NCBI GenBank assembly: GCA_964650355.1
Contig: CAZYTL010000002.1
Location: 109,465 to 173,464, forward strand
DNA length: 64,000 nt
Source of the DNA: an uncultured Gammaproteobacteria bacterium
GTDB taxonomy: Bacteria; Patescibacteriota; Microgenomatia; CAYXHB01; CAZYTL01
Direction of reading: 5' to 3'
This document shows positions 58,764 through 64,000 of this stretch, one piece after another (the first letter of the stretch is position 1; each line of letters begins with the position of its first letter). The notes under the pieces are model-generated. The model saw only the letters and a program-made list of their open reading frames with translations, searched no databases and had not been told where the DNA came from. The translations under genes were made by a program, and so were the position numbers.

Positions 58764-60224
58764 ATGAAGAAGATACTGGAGTCGCATTTACTGTGGTGGA
58801 TATGTTGGTTAGTGGTGTGGGTGGTATTGGCTTGGTTGATGGTAAGTTTCCGGGATCCGGACTTTGGCTGGCAATGGCGAACAGGTGAATGGATCTGGCA
58901 ACATGGGCAAATCCCTAAAACGGATTTGTTTTCTTACACCATGCCTGATTATCCCTGGCATTATCCGGCCTGGCTGGCAGAGGTGATGTTTTACTGGATT
59001 TATATCAGGTTAGGTTATACAGGCCTAGCAATCGGGTTGGCAGGATTGGTGAGCATAGGGTGGGTGTTACAGATTCCTAAAATGAAGATGAAGTACTATC
59101 TGTTACCTTTGGCGCTGGTAATGGCCGCAGGAGGATGGTTGATATCAGTGAGAGCCAAGATGTTGAGTTTGTTGCTGGCAGGAGTGCTTTTTTGGATATT
59201 AAGAAAGGCTGAAGATAAACCGCAATGGTTATGGGGGTTACCCGGGTTGTTTTGTCTGTGGAGTAATTTGCACGGTGGGGTAGCGATCGGGTTGGTAATT
59301 TTGGGTTGGTGGATAATAACGGAGTTATCAGTTTTTAGTTTTCAGTTTTCAGATCTCAGAAAAGAACAGACAAGATTTAAGAAACAAGAGAGAGACATTT
59401 GGATGAAGAGAATCATTGGGGTGGGTTTAGGGTCGGGATTGGCTTCATTAATTAATCCCTTTGGTTGGCGAGTTTATGAGGAGGTTTATCAAACGCTAAC
59501 CAGCAGGCAGCTGCAAGGGCAGGTAAATGAGTGGTTGCCGATCAATGTGCATAATCCGGCATTGATAGTTTATGTGTTAGGATTAGGAATTTTGGCTGTC
59601 AAATGGCGGAAGAAATTATCCTGGTTTGAGGTATCCACCAGTGCGGGTCTGTTGGTGGGAAGTTTGTTCAGCAGGCGACTGTTGGTTTATTTTTTGTTGT
59701 TTAGTTTAGCAATTTACGGCCGGTTATTAGAGCGGGCGGTTGAATGGTTGAAAAGCAGAAAGGAGTATCAATTTATTTGGCTGTGGCGATCAGGATTGGT
59801 GATCGGGGGATGCTTATGGGCAGGCTGGTTAATTTGGCACACCCAGAAAGACTTAACCCAGGTAAGCGAAACTAATTATTATCCCATGAAAGCGGTCGAG
59901 TATTTGAAGCAACATTTGCCGGAAGGAGAAATGTTTTCGGTTTATAACTGGGGCGGATATCTGATTGACAAGCTGCCCGAAAAACAGGTATTTGTAGACG
60001 GGAGAATGGCGATTTGGGAAAAGGATGGTTATTCGGCTTTTAGATAGGAAAGACAAATTTTAAGCGGGGAAATTGATTATCGACCGGTGTTTGAGCACTA
60101 CGGAGTTAATACTGCGTTGCTACCTATGGTTCAAGGCCGACTAACACTAGGAGACAAGTTGCAGCAGGATGGCTGGCAAGTGGCTTATGAGGATGAGAAG
60201 GCCGTGGTATTGAATAAGGAGTGA
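58764..60224 (+). pseudogene. GT-C-like membrane protein gene with an in-frame TAG at 60045-60047
   Basis: DPDFGW..RTG.WI, WSNLHGG, YNWGGYL, VFVDGRM. The frame continues for 58 sense codons after the TAG (ERQILSG...GWQVAYEDEKAVVLNKE) to TGA at 60222-60224. Confidence 0.7.
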
Positions 60225-60229
60225 ATTTA

Positions 60230-61894
60230 TTAATTAGATAGGTAGGTCTTGACTACATCCAGAAGATTGATGAGGCCGTCGATAAAAGGTTCGCTGAAAG
60301 GAGGAAGTTGATCATACAGGGCCAGTAGTTGTTGCCTAGAAACGGGATAAGGAGTGGGAGTGGCTACCGGGGTGCCGCTGATTTGCAAATGATCAAATAA
60401 GAGGTTGTATCCGGTCGTGGGTTGCCAAACGTTTTGATTGGCCAAGTGAATAGCGTATTCGGGCCTAGAGCGCAGGGTGGAGTAGGCATCAGGAAGCCAG
60501 AGGTAGAGATTGTAAGTACCTTCTGGAAGATTTGGGGGCAGGGGCACTTGGGTATCTATGGTGGTGGTCTGACCAGGAGTCCAGCGGCGGGGATCAACGT
60601 TAGATAAAGGAATTTCGGTTTGGTAGCCGGTGGTTTTTTCTTTGAGCACTAAAATGGCCGGACGGGGATTAAACGGAGCTGCAAAACCCTGGTTGGCCAA
60701 AGTTAATTTAAAAGGTAAGGTGCCTCCGGGGGGAGCTTGATCAGACACGACTAAGTTGGATAAAGCGAAGCGGTATCCTAAGCGACGGCGGATTTCTGGC
60801 ATACAGCCCCCAGTTACCCAACTGTCAAGCACATCCTTTGAGAAATCATTGTTGATGACTGACCAATGAAGATAGGCCAATTCCTGCAGAGCGTTAGGGT
60901 TCTGCGAATCAGTTGGGCATTCACTACGCGGAGGATTCGCATGACAGGATTCGCCCCCAATCGGGGTATAAAGACCTTGTTGAGCCACATAATCTTTCCA
61001 GCACTGCACCACATCCAAGGCATTATCACAATAGTGAGATGTTGGTTGAGGCGTGGGCCCACCGGATTTTGAATTATAAGTGCCTTCGTCAGTATCATCA
61101 GCTAAAAAGCAGTCATTATGGTGACCCATGCGGCTGGCTGCCGTGCCCTGAAAAGCGGTTGATGAAGTTAACGGTCCCTGGTAAAAGATCTCTATGTATC
61201 TGGGATAGCGAATTTGAAGCATCCGGTCACTGGGAAGAGCGTTGAGTAAGGCATTAAGGATAGCTTGTTTGCTCTCCAGGGTGTAAAGGTATTTGGAGCT
61301 GTGCCATTCTCCCCAATGGCCAACAAAACCCGCCTGCACGGCAACAATCACGTCAGCGTTGGCAGTCAGAAGAGGTTTGACTTGGGCGATATGCTGGAGA
61401 GCCAGATTAAGGGGGACGTCAGGGGTCGCATCATTGGGATTAGAGGTGGATCCCGGGCCCCAATTATAGATAAAACGAATGATTAATTTCAGGCCTTTGT
61501 TTCTGGCAGTACTAAAGGTTTGCTGAATCACATCTAATCCTCTACCGGAGCCAAGCGATTCTAGTAATTTTCCTTGATAATCACTCAGAGTGACTCCGAC
61601 TCCGTCGCGGGGATCGCGATAATCATCTAACCGAAAGTAGATCCAAACCACAGAATCGGACGGCTCCAGGCGGTCGACTTGAGACGGATTAAAGTCCTTA
61701 TTCGGCCAGATTGACGACTGTTTCATAAACCCGCGTTCCGGATTGGCAAAGTCCTCGTCAGTGGGTTGGTAGTTAACAGTGACTAAATTGCCGGCAGCTA
61801 AAACAGGATAGAGAGGGAAATTCTTGACGATTGAGGTAGTTATCAAGATCATCAAAGTGATCCGAAAAGCGGTTTTTATCAATTTTGGGTTCAT
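60230..61894 (-). CDS. Secreted DUF4874/DUF4832 putative glycoside hydrolase
   Basis: NPERGF, IIRF.Y, QAGFVGHWGEWH, HNDCFL, GGE, LGYRF, N.GFAAPFNPRP; signal peptide. Confidence 0.85.
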   Translation of the reverse strand: MNPKLIKTAFRITLMILITTSIVKNFPLYPVLAAGNLVTVNYQPTDEDFANPERGFMKQSSIWPNKDFNPSQVDRLEPSDSVVWIYFRLDDYRDPRDGVGVTLSDYQGKLLESLGSGRGLDVIQQTFSTARNKGLKLIIRFIYNWGPGSTSNPNDATPDVPLNLALQHIAQVKPLLTANADVIVAVQAGFVGHWGEWHSSKYLYTLESKQAILNALLNALPSDRMLQIRYPRYIEIFYQGPLTSSTAFQGTAASRMGHHNDCFLADDTDEGTYNSKSGGPTPQPTSHYCDNALDVVQCWKDYVAQQGLYTPIGGESCHANPPRSECPTDSQNPNALQELAYLHWSVINNDFSKDVLDSWVTGGCMPEIRRRLGYRFALSNLVVSDQAPPGGTLPFKLTLANQGFAAPFNPRPAILVLKEKTTGYQTEIPLSNVDPRRWTPGQTTTIDTQVPLPPNLPEGTYNLYLWLPDAYSTLRSRPEYAIHLANQNVWQPTTGYNLLFDHLQISGTPVATPTPYPVSRQQLLALYDQLPPFSEPFIDGLINLLDVVKTYLSN

Positions 61895-61902
61895 TTCCTA
61901 CT

Positions 61903-64000
61903 TTAATTAACTAAATTAAACACGTAAACCGAATGATGGCCGACAACGTCGTCCCCGTCTAAGACGTAGACTTGGTTATTCAAAAACATTACTGCCCGGG
62001 CATCATTAATCTCAAACGGAAGCAGGTCAAATTGATGAATGACTTGCTTGGTGGACCAGTCAAGTTGGTAGAGTAAATCTTTATCCGTCACCAGCCAGAG
62101 TTGATTACCATCCGCGGTAAATTCCATGCCGTAAATGATGCCGTCGATTGGTAAAGTTATGCTGTTACTCATAGTGTTGGTTTGATAATCATACTGTTCG
62201 ATAGCATGGTTCACATTGAGCGCTCCATAGAGTTGGCCTTGAGGGCGGAAGGCAGCGCCGCTATATTCGTGGGCTAAAGGCTGGAAAGTTTCCACTGTAA
62301 ACTGGTGGGTGGAAGGATTTCTGATCAGCCGGAATGCGGTGGGGATAGCACTGGTCACTCCTGAAAAGACATATAGAATATCTGTATTGGGGTCGTAAGT
62401 CAAACCTTCCAGATCCCCGGCCCGATTGACGCCGGCCGTTTCTGTACTATTGAGTTTAGTGGCTTGAGCCAGTTGGGAATTGCTAATGGTGGAAATTAAT
62501 TCCTCGGTAGCCAGATTTACCTGATACAATTTATTATTGTTGTCGTCGGACAACCATAAGGCCTGGTTTACGGGATCATAGACCATGCCTTCGGTGTCAT
62601 TGACAGAGGTAGTTGAATTGACAAACGGCGTGGTGGTGATGACCCTGGCCAGCTGAAGTTGACTGCCAGATCCAGATGAAATAATCGTGGGAGTGGGAAA
62701 GCTTAAGTTAAAGAAGTTTAGGTAATCCAAGAGGTTGATGATTCCATCATAAAATTTATCTAAGCTAGGATTTACCGTTCCATAAGCAGCTAAATATTGT
62801 TTGGCTGATGATACAGGTGCTGAGGTAGGGGTGATGGTGACACCGGTTTCGTGCCAGCCCAGATCAGGAGAGTTGCCGGTGTAACTGGTAAAGTTGGCCA
62901 GGTTTTCTCCGGTATGAGGATTGGTGTAATTAATGGTGCCGGCATTAATGGCCGGAGAATTAGTGCCCAGATAAAAATTAAGTTGGTTGGCAAATTGCGG
63001 ATCACCAGTCAGATCATGGCTGGTATCCAAGACTCCCTGATAGTTGAGATCATAATTGGTGCTGTTACCATTCCATAACGAATAGGCAATGATGGTATGG
63101 CTGGTAGAATTATCGTGGTTTAAAAACCCGATGGGGTTATTATAGAAAATGTTGTTTAAGGCCACTAGATTGCCTCCGCCTGCCAGTCCCCAATTATTAT
63201 TGACCAGAGTATTGTTATAGACCCGGATGGGTTGGGCTAAAGTGATGGCAGAAGGAGTATTTTCTGAAGTGCAATCGCAAGTAAGACTGATACCGGCAAC
63301 GTTTTGATTGGTGAATAAGTTCCGTTCGATGATGATGGTACGGTTAGGCTTTTGACCTTGATCCATAATTTGGATACTATTGCGTCCGTTTCTGCCGCTT
63401 TCCACACCTTTTCTCCGGCCGTTAAAGGAGTTACCGCGAATGATGGTCTTGAGAGTTTTGCCTTCGTCTGCATGGAGTCTGATTTCAATGCCGTCATCAC
63501 TGGAACCTCTGAAGGTGTTGTCTTCAATGGTCACTGAAGTGGCCTGATCAAGGTCAACACCGTCATCGCCGCAATTTTCGAACAGATTATTCTTGACTAA
63601 GCCGTCACCGCCTTCATAACTGACACAGTCCCCTCCTCCGTAAAAATGGTTATTTAAAACATCGGCTACGGTGTCGAAGGTTTGCACGTGCTTATCACTG
63701 GCATTGAAGGTAAAACCAATCACCTTGGTTCCGCCGGCAGAAGTGGCGATCCCGACGGCCGGGCTGCCGCCGTTAATGATGGTGTTATTGATATCTGTCT
63801 GACTGCCAGAGTTGATAAAGTGCGAGGCAAGGACGATAGTCTGATTAATGGTTATGCCTCCGCTGTAAGTGCCGGAAGAAACCAAAACAGTATCACCTGT
63901 GGCAGCAGCATTTACTGCGGCCTGGATAGTAGTGTAATTGCAGCCGCTAGAACAAACAGTAATGGTAGCCGCCAGGGTTGGCTGCGGATGCATTAGAAAG
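61903..64000 (-). CDS. Secreted right-handed beta-helix protein with C-terminal beta-propeller (SdiA-regulated/YjiK-like); 5' end probably outside the window
   Basis: YTTIQAAVNAA..GDTVLV..GTY, repeated N.F....DDG, SPAINAG...PDLG, and propeller blades EGMVYDP and EGLTYDP. The frame is open to the window edge. Confidence 0.8.
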   Translation of the reverse strand, partial: FLMHPQPTLAATITVCSSGCNYTTIQAAVNAAATGDTVLVSSGTYSGGITINQTIVLASHFINSGSQTDINNTIINGGSPAVGIATSAGGTKVIGFTFNASDKHVQTFDTVADVLNNHFYGGGDCVSYEGGDGLVKNNLFENCGDDGVDLDQATSVTIEDNTFRGSSDDGIEIRLHADEGKTLKTIIRGNSFNGRRKGVESGRNGRNSIQIMDQGQKPNRTIIIERNLFTNQNVAGISLTCDCTSENTPSAITLAQPIRVYNNTLVNNNWGLAGGGNLVALNNIFYNNPIGFLNHDNSTSHTIIAYSLWNGNSTNYDLNYQGVLDTSHDLTGDPQFANQLNFYLGTNSPAINAGTINYTNPHTGENLANFTSYTGNSPDLGWHETGVTITPTSAPVSSAKQYLAAYGTVNPSLDKFYDGIINLLDYLNFFNLSFPTPTIISSGSGSQLQLARVITTTPFVNSTTSVNDTEGMVYDPVNQALWLSDDNNNKLYQVNLATEELISTISNSQLAQATKLNSTETAGVNRAGDLEGLTYDPNTDILYVFSGVTSAIPTAFRLIRNPSTHQFTVETFQPLAHEYSGAAFRPQGQLYGALNVNHAIEQYDYQTNTMSNSITLPIDGIIYGMEFTADGNQLWLVTDKDLLYQLDWSTKQVIHQFDLLPFEINDARAVMFLNNQVYVLDGDDVVGHHSVYVFNLVN

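Noticed and set aside
60045-60047. Genome-wide stop-codon reassignment
   Set aside because: TAG and TGA both end well-defined genes here (TAG at atpD and atpH, TGA at alpha-2-macroglobulin), and no other gene appears interrupted.

Overview
A gene-dense bacterial window using the standard genetic code. Gene content and style suggest a Patescibacteria/CPR (Microgenomates-like) genome, but this is inference. The main result is an aberrant F-type ATPase operon on the minus strand (7702-17467). It has atpF, atpH, atpA, atpG, atpD and a short atpC in canonical order. The atpE slot holds a 679-aa exported protein with about five Ig-like domains and a Pro/Thr linker, ending in a subunit-c-like hairpin (GAGLAAG...GASIGGG...EAIGRNP) with no ion-binding Asp/Glu. 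There is no atpB (subunit a) in the operon and no room for one. The operon is interrupted and flanked by eight predicted GT-C glycosyltransferases, including a TMTC-like gene and five tandem DUF2723/TMEM260-like genes. Hypothesis: an ATP-driven, ion-uncoupled rotary motor whose rotor ring carries glycosylated extracellular Ig stalks. The second result is an alpha-2-macroglobulin, next to pbpC, with a 129-aa Hint (bacterial intein-like) domain in its bait region and an intact CxEQ thioester motif. Other content: paired surface proteins with a shared C-terminal domain, a GT2 plus deacetylase/GH18 pair, a DUF5320-DUF134-metal ABC-DsbD-like cluster with a perfect 30-bp palindrome, a GT-C gene with an in-frame amber stop, small palindromic elements and many apparently leaderless genes. 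No rRNA, tRNA, CRISPR array or transposase was seen. All family calls are by eye from motifs; no searches were run.
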